DNA of 64,000 nucleotides from an uncultured Gammaproteobacteria bacterium (GCA_963714975.1 CAVQQD010000003.1:1-64000); one strand, 5' to 3'; numbered from the stretch's first letter, positions 1 to 11,283 are shown. Notes: generated by a model from the letters alone, not told the origin. Translations and numbers: made by a program.

Positions 1-166
1 GATGTATCGCTTTACAAAACGCAGGACTTCTAACGACTGCGGGCCTCGATTGACCAAATCACCGGCAAACCAACTCTATCCGTCACAGAATCAAAATGAA
101 TTAATTGCAGTAGCTCTTCTAGCTCATTGTAACAACCTTGAACATCACCGATTGCATAGGTTGCAC
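1..166 (-). CDS. apaH: Symmetrical Ap4A hydrolase, 5' part (runs off window, apparent frameshifts)
   Basis: Manual minus-strand translation gives YAIGDVQGCYNEL...FAGDLVNRGPQSLEVLRFVK across small indels; lies downstream of rsmA as usual. Confidence 0.8.
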
Positions 167-240
167 AATAAGAACCCCTTTCCCTAACCCTCTTTCACTT
201 TCCCTTACAAGCTCGGGCGGGGGGAGGGGATTATTCAAAG

Positions 241-691
241 CTATTTCATGTGCACTGCATACACATCACAGGCAGCCAAATGGAGTACGCCATTAGCCGT
301 TGCTCCTAAAAGTGCTAGCGCCAAACCACGACGACTACGACTGCCTAGCACAATCAAATCTGCCGCTATTTCTTGCGCAGTGTCAATGATCCCATACTTG
401 GGAGAACCCATTTTGAGGAAAATTCGCTCTTCCTCCACCCCTTGCTGCCGTGCATATTCTAATAATTTGTTGAGTCCCTGCCGAGCCTCATCGCGTAATT
501 TATCTTCTAAATTGAGATTAAGCGGAATAGAAAATGACCCACCCCCATAAATGATGGGGACATTCTCTAATACATGGACTAAGCTCAGCCTTGCTTTGGA
601 AGATTCTGGCGAATTGAATTGCGACATCAGTTACTTGATGATTTTCCTCAAGCAGATCCGTTGCTAATAAAACATGATGGTAGGTTAACAT
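241..691 (-). CDS. Universal stress protein (frameshift near 597)
   Basis: ATG at 691 gives MLTYHHVLLATDL; 241..627 frame has ADLIVLGSRSRRG..LLGATANGVLHLAACDV. Confidence 0.85.
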
Positions 692-702
692 GATTTATCC
701 TT

Positions 703-1535
703 TTAAGACAGATGACCCACATTGTAACTAATCCAATCAAGTCTTCGAGAGTTGGTTGTTTCGGTTCGACTATGCGGAATCATATTTGCCTGTTTTAATT
801 GCGCCTCAGATACCAAGCCTTTGAGGCTATTGGAGAGAATCTTGCGGCGATGATTAAATGCCTCTCTGACTAAGCTGCAAAATAACGGGTAATCCACCTC
901 CTTGCTAGGCGCCTTGGGCAATAAGCGCACCACTTGCGAACGCACTTGTGGGGGAGGAAAAAAAGCCTCTGGCTCCACGGTGAATAGTGGGTAAACTTCA
1001 AACTGAAATTGCGCCATCACGCTTAATCGACCGTAAATTTTTGAACCTGGCAAAGCAGCTAACCGTTCCACCACCTCTTTTTGCAACATAAAATGCAAAT
1101 CTTGAATCACCGCAACTTGCTGGACGAGATGAAATAACAGGGGCGTTGAAATTTGATAGGGTAAGTTACCGACAATGCGCAAAGCAGCCCCTGATGGTAT
1201 TAACTTCCCTGCTCCCTGGATCCCAGCATCCATGCTGGGACGACTATATTCATTAGCTAATTGAGTAAAATCAAAACGCAGCGCATCTTCTTGATGTACC
1301 ACTAAGTTCCCTAGGCCCTGGAAAGCCTGCCGCAACGGTGTGATGATATCGCGATCCAATTCTACTACGTCCAGTTGGCTTACCAGTGGTAATAAATAAG
1401 TGGTTAGAGCACCTAAACCAGGTCCGATCTCCACCAAAAATTGCCAGGCTTGGGGTTAATTGCAGCTACTATTTGGGCAATCACCTCCGAATCCTGCAAA
1501 AAATGCTGTCCAAAGCGCTTGCGAGGGTGGTGCAT
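703..1535 (-). CDS. rsmA: 16S rRNA m6,2A dimethyltransferase (frameshift near 1440, probably also near the 3' end)
   Basis: [15 protein letters not shown] from 1535, then [28 protein letters not shown]. Confidence 0.93.
1217..1244. repeat. REP-like hairpin inside rsmA, in frame
   Basis: tcccagcat-cc-atgctggga followed by cgac; encodes [10 protein letters not shown] in a variable loop. Confidence 0.65.
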
Positions 1536-2485
1536 TACATAATCTTCACATAAGCTGATTGACGAATTTGTCGCAACCAAACAGCGATTTTTTCCTTAAT
1601 TTTTTCTTGATAAATAAGATTTTTAGCCTCAGCTTCAGTGATTGGCTGTTGCCCGCCTACTTCAATCAATTTAATTAAAATGCAGGCCGTTAGGCGCTTT
1701 AATCGGCCCCTTCACCGTGCCTGGAGTCATGTTGGCAAGTGAACTCATAAATAAAGGTCGGCACTTCTGAGGCTTTACGCCAACCCAAATCCGCATAAGG
1801 GAGGGAGGAGAGGCGCGATCGGCAATTTCTTGCAAGCTAGTCCCTTGTTTAGCCTTCTGCAACAATTTTCCGCGCCCTGTTTTTCTGCAGTAGCCACTGC
1901 CTCCTGACTAGCAGCTTCACTCAAGGGAATCACTAGATCGTCCAAACGATACTGCCTATTAGCATTATTTTGCCCAGCAAACTTGGTCATATAGGCCTGC
2001 ACTTCTTCCTTGCTGATGGGTATTTGCCCGGCAAATATTCGCTGCTGTAACTCGTGGATAGTCATCTGCTCCATTAATCGGGAGCGAAACCGCGTAAAAT
2101 TCATGCCCTGCTGCTTGAGAGCCTCTTTTAACTGGCTCAGGGTTAAATGATTTTTAGCCGCGATTTTATTGATGCTGTCATCGAGTTGTTGATCGGTAAT
2201 TTGAACTTTATTGCGCTCTGCCAATTGCAATTGCAAGCTATTGGCGATTAATTGATCTAGCGTCTCTTGTTGCAATTTTGCTTGGCTTGGCAGTGGTTGA
2301 CCAGCTGCCTGTAAAACGTGACTTATTTCCGTGATCGCAGCATTAAGTTGGCTTTGAGTGATGACTTTATCATTCACTACCGCTGCAACTCGATCCAGCG
2401 GTAGGCTAGTATTGGCACTGGCCACCACCTCAGTGAATAAAATGAACCCTAGGAAAAAACCAAGATTTAATTTGCTGAACATCAT
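1535..2485 (-). CDS. surA: Periplasmic chaperone/PPIase SurA (3' frameshifts)
   Basis: [19 protein letters not shown]-domain; [14 protein letters not shown] parvulin fragment in the adjacent frame; downstream of lptD. Confidence 0.88.
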
Positions 2486-2488
2486 AAG

Positions 2489-5143
2489 TTAGCCTCTATA
2501 TTTATCAAAATAACCTGGGAAGGTAGTCATTAACACATTTCCTGCATTACTGGTTCCAATAGTACCTAGTCCCTTAAGCATAAATTGCACATAAAAGTCC
2601 GTTCGATAACTGGCTTGCCCCTCATTATTCTGATTGGTTATCGTGCGATTGGCAACAAACCGCAGGGACCAACAACAAGTATCATATTCTAAACCATATA
2701 AATAGGTCTGCGGATGTTTATGGCTGAGATTATAATTCCAATCCGCCATCAGATTCCAATGTTGCGTGAGCGGCCATGCGAGTCCCACATCAAGACGATG
2801 TAAATTATTTTCATGGCTATTTGGTTCGGCTGGGTTTAATACATCGCCATTTTGCAGATAATCATAACCCAATTTAAAAATATGTTGGGGTGCTGGCGAA
2901 TACACCAGGTGTGCTCCAGCATTATTTAATTGTGATTGATTAGGGTCCCAGGAAGCGGTGGCGGTGCCGGTCCACTTGGCATTGGGACGAAACGTAAGCA
3001 TCCCAGCCACTGGAGAAACACTATCATTGATGGTGGGGTCATCACTACAATTAGGATACAAACACACTTCATGGTTATGAAAATAAAAGATTTCCCCCAC
3101 CGTCGCCTCGAGCTTATTTTCTCCAGTAAAACCATCTAAAATGCGGGAAGTAATCCCAACCGCTAATTGATTCGCATCGCCGACGCGATCATAGCCAACA
3201 AACCGATTGGGCCGAAATAAAGTATCCGTAGAAAACGTGGGCAGGGTCGTATCAAATAAGGGAATATTAAGTTGATTGCGCAGCGGAACATATAAATAAT
3301 ATAGGCGCGGTTCTAAAGTTTGTCGGTACTGATGTGAGCCCAAATGCCAACCTCGATCCAGGAAAATCCCCGTGTCAATATCAAACATCGGCAGTGCTCG
3401 GGTGAGATTCAAATGCTTTTCATCGGTGGGAAAAAAAATTGGGATTAGGTTGGTATTATCCACCACAGCATTATTCACTACCCCATAAGTGGTAGAGTCC
3501 AGCTGTAAAGTAGGGGTGATATATCCCCCCTTAATTAGCAAGGGTCGACTGAGCATAGGATTGAGGTGAACCCGATTACCGGTTGGATATTCCTGGCCGG
3601 TGAAAAAATCATCTAAGTGTTGAAAATTGACCCATTCACTCGAAAAACCAAAATCGAGGCCCAGCGGTAGCGCGGGATAATTCGCGGCAAAATCTATTTG
3701 TGGCAAACGTCGATATTGTTCCGCGATAAAAGTATCATCAATTAAATGCAGGGTTTGATAGCCTTGCAACTGGGCGAGAAATTGCCAATGCTCATCTTGA
3801 TAAGTCACCTGGGCCTGATTTAATAATTGATCGGTGGTAATTTGTTGCGGGCCGACACCGAAATTTTTTAGAAAATAATCATCCGTTACATAATTTATAT
3901 CGAGTGTCCCCATCCAATTTTCATTAAACGTCGTGAGATCATGCAAGGCCACTGCGGCACGATTGTTGCTGTCTTTTGCGAGCTGATCGAGATAGGGATC
4001 GTTCAAAAAACTGGGAGGAAAATCTTCAAAGGTTTCTTGCTTAAAATGCGCAAAGCCACGGTCATTCGGGATGAAGCTTAAAATAAAATTGCCACGACTC
4101 CCTGGAAATAAGTAGCGAAACAGATTGGTGGCCATCACGCCACGCTTAGTCATCGGCGTCAGGGTCAGGGTGTCGTCATAATTAGGCGCTAAATTAAAAT
4201 AATAGGGGATGTCCACCGAGAAGCCCGAATCATTATCGAAAGCGAAGCTCGGATATAAAAAGCCTGAGTAGCGGCGATTATCAATGGGAAAGTTCGCATA
4301 AGGGGTATACATTACCGGTATGTTGCCAGCATAAAGCCAGGTATCTCTGGCTACCCCCCGTCCGGTCACTTTATTCAGGGTAAGATTATTGGACGCTAAA
4401 TACCAACTCGGATCTAAAGGAGAACAGGTAGTATAAGTTGCATCACGCAAAAAAAGTGTGCCCTGGGCATTGCGATAACCCTGACTCAGCAAGCCCCAGC
4501 TGTAAAGCAGGCCGTAGCGAGTGGGACGTTTAGCGTTATAAGCGCCTTGAGAAAAGCTCAGAGTTTTTTCTTCTAGGTTTAGCTCTGAGGACTGGGCCAC
4601 TAACAATTTCCCAGGCTCGCGGTAGTGCACATTCCCCTGAAGTTCAATTTCGCTAAATTTACCGGTCTCTAAATTGCGATAAATGATGGCTTTATCCGCA
4701 GCAATTTCCCGCCCAGGCTGCGTGAGGGCCACATTCCCCGTTAAAACCGAAGGCCCCTGTTGAGCAAAAGTGCTGGGCCCAGTGACCGTAATCGTCATTT
4801 GCGTGGTATTAAAAGGAGCTGCTGTGGTGTAAGCACTAATGGCAGGCGGCTCCCAAAAATAGCCGCAGCAGCAATTCCCGCTGAAGCCCTGATCTCCGAC
4901 GGGTCCTGCCGCGCGGGCAACCCGCCGTGCTCGCACGCTGCGCGCGGCGGTGTTGCTCCACGCGTCACCCGTCGGCCAAAGTAATATAGAGCTGGAATTG
5001 CTATAGCCACAACATAGCCTTGTTGGCATCCAGCCCAGCAAGGGAGCCCAACGAGGTGATAATTCTGGATTGCTAAACGCAAAAGAAGACTGAATGACAC
5101 TTGCGAGCAGAATAATACCTAATAATTTAAGGCAGCGTTGCAT
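2489..5143 (-). CDS. lptD: LPS assembly protein LptD with 48-aa in-frame repeat insertion
   Basis: RRYSGFLYP, PYYFNLAPNYD, QTLEPRLYYLYVP, GLEYDTCCW motifs; upstream of surA. Confidence 0.96.
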   Translation of the reverse strand: MQRCLKLLGIILLASVIQSSFAFSNPELSPRWAPLLGWMPTRLCCGYSNSSSILLWPTGDAWSNTAARSVRARRVARAAGPVGDQGFSGNCCCGYFWEPPAISAYTTAAPFNTTQMTITVTGPSTFAQQGPSVLTGNVALTQPGREIAADKAIIYRNLETGKFSEIELQGNVHYREPGKLLVAQSSELNLEEKTLSFSQGAYNAKRPTRYGLLYSWGLLSQGYRNAQGTLFLRDATYTTCSPLDPSWYLASNNLTLNKVTGRGVARDTWLYAGNIPVMYTPYANFPIDNRRYSGFLYPSFAFDNDSGFSVDIPYYFNLAPNYDDTLTLTPMTKRGVMATNLFRYLFPGSRGNFILSFIPNDRGFAHFKQETFEDFPPSFLNDPYLDQLAKDSNNRAAVALHDLTTFNENWMGTLDINYVTDDYFLKNFGVGPQQITTDQLLNQAQVTYQDEHWQFLAQLQGYQTLHLIDDTFIAEQYRRLPQIDFAANYPALPLGLDFGFSSEWVNFQHLDDFFTGQEYPTGNRVHLNPMLSRPLLIKGGYITPTLQLDSTTYGVVNNAVVDNTNLIPIFFPTDEKHLNLTRALPMFDIDTGIFLDRGWHLGSHQYRQTLEPRLYYLYVPLRNQLNIPLFDTTLPTFSTDTLFRPNRFVGYDRVGDANQLAVGITSRILDGFTGENKLEATVGEIFYFHNHEVCLYPNCSDDPTINDSVSPVAGMLTFRPNAKWTGTATASWDPNQSQLNNAGAHLVYSPAPQHIFKLGYDYLQNGDVLNPAEPNSHENNLHRLDVGLAWPLTQHWNLMADWNYNLSHKHPQTYLYGLEYDTCCWSLRFVANRTITNQNNEGQASYRTDFYVQFMLKGLGTIGTSNAGNVLMTTFPGYFDKYRG
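4870..5002. mobile_element. 133-bp palindromic MITE-like element (family A), copy in lptD
   Basis: TIR agcaattcccgct/agctggaattgct; near-identical to 32599-32731. Confidence 0.9.
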
Positions 5144-5172
5144 GAGCGGGTCTCAAAAGACATTTGTTGCCA

Positions 5173-6400
5173 TTATAAGTAAGTTGCTGGTAATTGGAAA
5201 ACGTGCTTACTGAGCCAATAGGGCTTTTCTGCTTGATTAATTAAAAGAGCAAAGGGCAACTGATTGTCTTTGACAAACTCTTCTAATGCTCTCAATTGAC
5301 GTAAGCTTGTTTTGGTCCCGTACTTGATTTCAATAGGCAAAGTTCCAAAGGGACCTTCCAAAATTAAATCGATTTCCGCGCCACCACGAGTTCGATAATA
5401 ATAGGCTTGCCAGTGTGAAATCATTAACGACTGTAATCCTTTAATTAACTCTTCACTCACATAGCCTTCAAAAGAGCGACCCAGAATTGGATTTTGAAAT
5501 AATTGCTGTGAATCTGTAATGCGCAACAAGCTGTGTAATAAGCCATTATCACGCACATGGCCTTTAGGCATTTTTATAATACTTTTCGAAGAAGATTTTT
5601 CATAACTAGGTAATTGTCGCCAAAGAAATGTGCCTTCAGCAATCGTTAAAAATTCACGGACAGTGCCTTCACTAACCTCTAAGGCTCGAGCAAGCTCAGA
5701 TTTATTGAGGATCGTCGCAGAAAGCGAGCACAGCATCGACAAAAAGCGTTGATACGCTACTTTATTTAACCGAGGATAAAGCTTGGCGATATCTCGATAA
5801 ATATAGGTCATTTCATAATTTTCCATCCACTGCCAATAGAAAACATCAGTCTCTTGCAACACCGGTTCTGGATAACCACCACTGATACCAAGCTTTTTGA
5901 ATTTGGTTAAAAGTGAGTTGCGGCGCATCTAATTGATTCAAAAAATTAGGTGATAACGGCTCAGTAAAAAATTGATAAAACGAACTTAAGGGTTGACCAT
6001 AAATTTCATTTGCCTTCATGGTCCCAAGCTCAACAGTGGCAATTCGCCCTGCTAATGTTTCAGAAATATGAGTCAATAAATCAGGACTACTAGATCCCGT
6101 AATCAGAAAACGTCCAGTTTCTTGACGATTGCTATCAATGACGCTGCGTAAAATAGCAAATAACTCCGGGGACAACTGTGCTTCATCAAAAATAATGTGC
6201 CGAGGATTTTGTTGGAAAAAAAATTCAGGATCAAAATCCAAGCGATTAAAATCCGAAGGTTTTTCCAAGTCCATCATGAGCCAGTCTGGCCTCAACATTT
6301 GTACCAAGGTAGTCTTCCCATACTGCCTTGCACCAATGACGGCGACAGCCGGGAACATTTCTAATAGAGAATTGATCTTATCCGCCAGGTTTCTTGGCAT
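5173..6400 (-). CDS. AAA+ ATPase-wHTH-DUF4143 nuclease-like protein (split by a frameshift near 5890)
   Basis: GARQYGKTT Walker A, IIFDEAQ, ITGSSS, ETLAGR, GGYPE, YYRTRGGAEIDLI..IEIK. Confidence 0.88.
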
Positions 6401-6410
6401 AGGATGCTAT

Positions 6411-6447
6411 CCTGTAAATTTCGTACACTGTCTACGAAATTTACAGG
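6411..6447. promoter_or_regulatory. Operator-like 15-bp perfect inverted repeat upstream of the ATPase
   Basis: cctgtaaatttcgta / tacgaaatttacagg, 11 bp from the start codon. Confidence 0.6.
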
Positions 6448-6544
6448 CAACCGAGGCTCCTGTCAAGGAATGTCCAAATAGATTTGGTAGATCTCTTTTG
6501 AGAGCTGTTTATTGACTTCAGCAAGCTTTTTCTGCTGCTTGATA

Positions 6545-6587
6545 ATTTCTCCAGTATGTCTATAATTATTAGACATACTGGAGAAAT
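6545..6587 (+). promoter_or_regulatory. AbiE operator: 18-bp perfect inverted repeat overlapping TATAAT
   Basis: atttctccagtatgtcta / tagacatactggagaaat, TATAAT at 6561-6566, directly before the abiEi ATG. Confidence 0.75.
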
Positions 6588-6590
6588 GCC

Positions 6591-7245
6591 ATGTTAAATG
6601 ATAATATCAGAAAGTTAGTCCCTAACGAAGAGGTAGACTATCTTTTTATGAAATATGCGCTTCAAGACTATGCACAGCCGCGAGCAAAAATCACGGCTCT
6701 GTTACGATCAAAAGAATTAATCCGCGTAAAAAAAGGGTTATACGTCCTCGATGGAAAAAATCCTCACAAACCGTTTGTTAAGGAAACTCTAGCGAACTTA
6801 ATTTATGGGCCATCTTATATCTCATTGGAATATGCCTTAGCTTTTTATAATTTTATCCCTGAACGAGTCGAGGCCTTGACAAGCGTAACCTGCAAGAAAG
6901 ATAAATTGTTCAAAACACCATTAGGCGTATTTCAAATATCGGTATCTGAACCCTCTAAAGTACTCCATTGGAATTACCCAAGTGATGTATGATTCTACTC
7001 ACCCTATTTTAATTGCTACCCCAGAGAAAGCGCTTGCAGACCAAATATTGCTGTCTATCCCTAATTTAAAATTAGAAAATATAAATGAAGTAGAGAATTT
7101 TTTATTTGAAGATCTTAGAATTCCCGCTGAAAAAATGACTACTCTAGATAGAAAATTATTTTCTAAAATCAATTCTGTTTTTGCTAATAATAATATAAAT
7201 CTATTAAATAGATTTTTAAAAAAATTTAGGAAAAAAAATGCATGA
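6591..7245 (+). CDS. Type IV TA antitoxin, AbiEi-like (frameshift near 6935)
   Basis: LIRVKKGLY, PSYISLEYAL..Y.FIPE, and IATPEKALAD in the second frame. Confidence 0.85.
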
Positions 7246-8104
7246 AATCATTTCAGCAATGCTATCCAGGTATTCTTGTCAAACTTATCAAGATTATCAA
7301 AATGCGTTAAAAGAAATTATTCAAGAAATTGCTTTGTTGGGTTTATGGCGAGGAAAATTTTTTGAAAAAGCTGCTTTTTATGGAGGTACAGCACTTCGTA
7401 TACTATATGGTCTGGATCGCTTTTCTGAAGATCTTGATTTTTCCTTGTTGGAACCTAACAAAAAATTTCAGCTCAACCACTATTTTTCATTTTTAGAGGC
7501 AGAAATTTCTAGTTTTGGATTTAAAGTTTCAATAAATGATAAAATAAAAAATAAAGAAACCACCATTCAATCAGCCTTTATAAAAGCTGGAACAAAGCAA
7601 CACTTTTTGGAAATTCAAGCTCCAGACTATATTACTGCAAGAATTCATCGTGATGATTTGCTCAGAATAAAAATCGAAATAGATATTGACCCTCCGCCAG
7701 GCTTTAAAACCGAAGTGAAACCTCTACTTCAACCGATACCCTTTATGATAAATACTTATCAAGCACCGGATTTATTTGCCGGAAAATGTCATGCAATTTT
7801 ATGTCGCCCATGGCAAAAACGAATTAAAGGTCGGGATTGGTATGACTTAGTTTGGTACATTGGTCGAAATATACCTTTACATTTAGCACACCTAAAAAAT
7901 CGACTTGAACAGACCAGCGCTTGGCCTAAGGAACAATCCTTAAAGCCAGTTGAGGTGATGCAACTACTGAAAAATAAAATCGAAACTATTGATTTTTCCT
8001 CTGCGAAAAAAGAAGTATTACCCTTTTTGAAAAATCCAGACAGTGTGCAAATTTGGTCTGCAGACTTTTTTAAAGAGATTATTCAGGGGATTAAATTCAG
8101 TTAA
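7238..8104 (+). CDS. Type IV TA toxin, AbiEii nucleotidyltransferase
   Basis: FYGGTALRILYGLDRFSEDLDF and KGRDWYDL motifs. Confidence 0.93.
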   Translation: MHEIISAMLSRYSCQTYQDYQNALKEIIQEIALLGLWRGKFFEKAAFYGGTALRILYGLDRFSEDLDFSLLEPNKKFQLNHYFSFLEAEISSFGFKVSINDKIKNKETTIQSAFIKAGTKQHFLEIQAPDYITARIHRDDLLRIKIEIDIDPPPGFKTEVKPLLQPIPFMINTYQAPDLFAGKCHAILCRPWQKRIKGRDWYDLVWYIGRNIPLHLAHLKNRLEQTSAWPKEQSLKPVEVMQLLKNKIETIDFSSAKKEVLPFLKNPDSVQIWSADFFKEIIQGIKFS

Positions 8105-8138
8105 AACAGCTGCAAATCCCCCGTGTACCTTCATCAGT

Positions 8139-9185
8139 TTAGGTGAAGGAGAAGAAGCTATTATCCTTTTCATTTTCTTCAGGTAACAGAGGCGCCTCCA
8201 CAGTAACTTGGCTATATTCCCATTCCTTCTGCAGCTCGAGTTCTACTTGCGTAAAAATTTCTGGTCCCAAGAATTTATTTTGTTTCTTCATGGTTTTTTG
8301 CAGGGCTTCATAGTCCTCAGAGTCTAGCTGCCGAGATAGCATAGTAATTAAACGGATAGCATTGGGGTTGATTTTTCCGCTCTCCGCCGAGTATTGAGCT
8401 AAACCAAGAAGCAATTGAGCTGCTTCCCCAATATCTTTCTTAACCGCAACGTGCAGGATGGTTGCTATCGGGGCTAACTGTTGGAGTGTGGGCATTAATG
8501 TGTCGGAGGTAGCTTGTGCGGCTACCTTGTTGATGCTGTCGTAAATTATTGTAGGATTGTGAATCATTAAGTAATGAAAGGCTTGTTGTGCTTGGTGAGC
8601 TTTCCCTGGTTGGACATCCATTAAAAATTCGAATTTTCCTTGGTATAAATCTAATGCCATGGATTCTGCAGGATAGAATGTTTGTAGCTGCTCCCATTCT
8701 GGCATAAATTGCCCTAACTCTTCTTGTTTTACATGCTCCTCCTGCACAGCGTGCAGTTGGCCGGCTTGAATAAGCGCTCTTAGGCTTGCCAATACTCGCT
8801 TAGAATCGTTTGGGCTCCTCTCTAAAGGATCTTTTTGCGGAGTGCGTGTCCTGTCTACAAGATCCATTTTTGCCAAGAATAATTCTTTCTTATCTGCAGG
8901 TATGCTGTCAAACTCCTGTCGGGCGCGATTTTTAGACCACTGATGCAGGCCATAGAGTAAAGACAGGACAATAATACAACCACCAATCGTTGCGGGAATG
9001 AGTAAGGCCTCCACTTTGTCAGGATTTACTAGGAAATAGCTACCACCGCTGATTATTCCTAGGCCGGCTGCTACTACTAAAATCCGTAGAAACGGCGGTT
9101 CCTTAGCGGAGGAAGCAGATTGTTCTGATAGATCAACCTCTGTTGTCCAGAACGAGGTAGTAGCCCGAGAAGATTGCTCATTCAT
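8139..9185 (-). CDS. Orphan protein with N-terminal TM hairpin; candidate Dot/Icm effector
   Basis: 348-aa ORF, two adjacent hydrophobic helices, acidic C-terminus EENEKDNSFFSFT. Confidence 0.6.
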   Translation of the reverse strand: MNEQSSRATTSFWTTEVDLSEQSASSAKEPPFLRILVVAAGLGIISGGSYFLVNPDKVEALLIPATIGGCIIVLSLLYGLHQWSKNRARQEFDSIPADKKELFLAKMDLVDRTRTPQKDPLERSPNDSKRVLASLRALIQAGQLHAVQEEHVKQEELGQFMPEWEQLQTFYPAESMALDLYQGKFEFLMDVQPGKAHQAQQAFHYLMIHNPTIIYDSINKVAAQATSDTLMPTLQQLAPIATILHVAVKKDIGEAAQLLLGLAQYSAESGKINPNAIRLITMLSRQLDSEDYEALQKTMKKQNKFLGPEIFTQVELELQKEWEYSQVTVEAPLLPEENEKDNSFFSFT

Positions 9186-9380
9186 AATTGTATCACCTGA
9201 GATTAGAAATTATTAGCATAAAAAAGTTTCAAGTCGTTAGTTTAACGCATATTGCGCAAAATTGCTGCAATTATTTTCCTTGCAGGGCCATCCTTCGAGC
9301 TAGACAGGAACTGCCTCTAGACTGAATTAGACGTTAAAAGTACAATTAGACATTCTCAATCTAATTCGAGCTAATTAACT

Positions 9381-9884
9381 ATGTTGAAATCAGATCCCTG
9401 GCACTATCCTCGCACTGCCCTAGCACAACAAGTCTTGGGAATGTTTGAGAAAGTCACGTCACGTTCCTTAGACAAGGAAATGTTATGGGCTATTTTTCAA
9501 GAAACACAAAAAATACCCCAATTTATCCGCTCGCTGGTGGAGCGAGTCGCTTTAAACCCTGATCTAAGTCTTAAAGCAGCCAAGGAACAACTCTTGGCAG
9601 AAATTTCTAATGACCGGTTGTTTGCTGAAACGTGGCAACACTGCTCGGCATTAGAAAAATTACTTTTGGTTGAAGTCGCGCAAGATGGTAAAGAATTGTT
9701 TGGCACTGAAACCCGCACTCGCCTGGCAAAATTATTAGGAATTGAAGCTCTTCCCATTTCTTCCCTGCAATCCGCTTTACGTACATTGCAACGCAAAGAA
9801 CTGCTTAGCCAAGGGGCCGCGCGAGGAACCTATCTGGTCAACGATCCAAATTTCCAGGGTTGGCTTGTAAACCAGGCGGGGTAA
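9381..9884 (+). pseudogene. ATP-binding protein remnant with in-frame internal deletion
   Basis: N-terminus DPWHYPRTALAQQVLGMFE joins directly to a wHTH-like C-terminus (SLQSALRTL..GTYLVNDPNF); no Walker A. Confidence 0.55.
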
Positions 9885-9931
9885 CTATTCGCCACATTGC
9901 CCAAGTTGGCAAAGCTGGCAAAAACAGGCAG
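9881..9931 (+). repeat. Cassette-end repeat gtaactattc(a/g)ccacattgcc(a/c)aagttgg
   Basis: Also at 36710-36750 and 44765-44793. Confidence 0.8.
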
Positions 9932-10032
9932 CTATGAGCCTAGGTTGAAGTAAGAAATGGATGAAAAAGCGGAGTGTACATGTTAGTACATGAGCATTTT
10001 TCAGATATTTCGTTGCGAAAGATAGGCCATAG
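9932..10032. repeat. RPE-1-like palindromic element, intergenic
   Basis: Ends ctatgagccta/taggccatag; core gcggagtgtacatgttagtacatgagcatt resembles the Rickettsia/Legionella palindromic-element core. Confidence 0.6.
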
Positions 10033-10048
10033 ATGCCTGTTTTTATCC

Positions 10049-11215
10049 CTACAACCCTGCCGCATTGCGCAGAACATCAACCTTATCGGTGCGTTCCCAG
10101 GTAAATTCAGGCTCTTCGCGGCCAAAATGGCCATAAGCAGCGGTAGCCTGATAAATGGGGCGGAGTAAGTCTAGTTCGCGAATAATGGCCCTTGGCCTTA
10201 GATCAAAGTGAGTGTTTACTAAGCTGACTAAGTGATCATCTTTTAGCTTACCAGTGCCAAAGGTATTAATGCTCACGGAAACGGGGTCCGCGATCCCTAT
10301 CGCATAAGCCACCTGAATTTCGCAGCGGTCAGCTAAACCCGCGGCGACGATATTTTTCGCCACATACCGGCCTGCATAAGCCGCTGAGCGATCTACTTTG
10401 GAGGGGTCCTTGCCAGAAAAACAGCCTCCCCCATGTCTGGCCATGCCGCCATAAGTATCGACAATAATTTTCCGCCCTGTCAGCCCACAATCCCCCAGGG
10501 GGCCACCAATGACAAAGCGCCCAGTTGGATTAATGTAATAACGCGTGTCTTTGCTGATCCACTCGGGCGGCAATACGGGTTTAATAATTTCTTCGATGAC
10601 GGCTTCACGCAAAGAGTCTTGAGAAATTTCTGGAGCATGTTGGGTGGATAACACGATGGCTTCCACTGCCACTGGCTTGCCATGCTCATAACGGATGGTG
10701 ACTTGCCCTTTCGCATCGGGCCGTAGCCAAGATAAGATGCCTTTTTTTCGCAAGGCGGCTTGTCGTTGCATCAGGCGATGGGAATACAAGATAGGCGCAG
10801 GCATTAATACGTCTGTTTCATTACTGGCATAGCCAAACATCATTCCCTGATCCCCAGCTCCTTGCTTTTCCTCTTCATTCTGATCAACCCCTTGAGCAAT
10901 GTCGGAGGATTGATTATTGATTTCCGTCAACACCGCACAGGAATTGCCATCAAAACCTAAGGCCACATTGTTGTAGCCTATTTCTTGGATTGCCTGTCGA
11001 ACTATCGATTCAATCTCCACCCAAGAACTTGTTGAGACCTCCCCCGCCACCAACACTAAGCCCGATTTGAGGAGAGTTTCACAAGCCACACGAGCGTGAC
11101 GATCCTTTGTCAAAAGCGCATCGAGGATGCTGTCGGAGATTTTATCTGCCATTTTATCGGGATGACCTTCGGACACCGATTCAGAAGTGAAAATATGATA
11201 TTCAGTATGGGGCAT
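10049..11215 (-). CDS. metK: S-adenosylmethionine synthetase
   Basis: [35 protein letters not shown]. Confidence 0.99.
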   Translation of the reverse strand: MPHTEYHIFTSESVSEGHPDKMADKISDSILDALLTKDRHARVACETLLKSGLVLVAGEVSTSSWVEIESIVRQAIQEIGYNNVALGFDGNSCAVLTEINNQSSDIAQGVDQNEEEKQGAGDQGMMFGYASNETDVLMPAPILYSHRLMQRQAALRKKGILSWLRPDAKGQVTIRYEHGKPVAVEAIVLSTQHAPEISQDSLREAVIEEIIKPVLPPEWISKDTRYYINPTGRFVIGGPLGDCGLTGRKIIVDTYGGMARHGGGCFSGKDPSKVDRSAAYAGRYVAKNIVAAGLADRCEIQVAYAIGIADPVSVSINTFGTGKLKDDHLVSLVNTHFDLRPRAIIRELDLLRPIYQATAAYGHFGREEPEFTWERTDKVDVLRNAAGL

Positions 11216-11283
11216 AGGAAAGCTCTAAGGGTTATCTAAAGGCTAGGGATTTTACCTTAAAACTCGTTGCCTACCCAAACATT

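Noticed and set aside
4760-5100. Short alternative ORFs overlapping lptD
   Set aside because: They are other frames of the family A element and shadow ORFs.
5149-6506. tctcaaaaga/tcttttgaga as IS-like TIRs around the first ATPase
   Set aside because: Only a 10-bp exact match, no target duplication and no transposase; could be chance.
1-7245. Frameshifts in apaH, usp, rsmA, surA, the ATPase and abiEi read as pseudogenisation or programmed frameshifting
   Set aside because: Single-base indels cluster in the first 7 kb, hit housekeeping genes and are absent from later core genes; most likely low-coverage sequencing or assembly errors. Read mapping would settle it.
9881-9931. Integron attC sites
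   Set aside because: TAAC...GTT spacing is under 30 bp, the core consensus fits poorly, there is no cassette array and no integrase.
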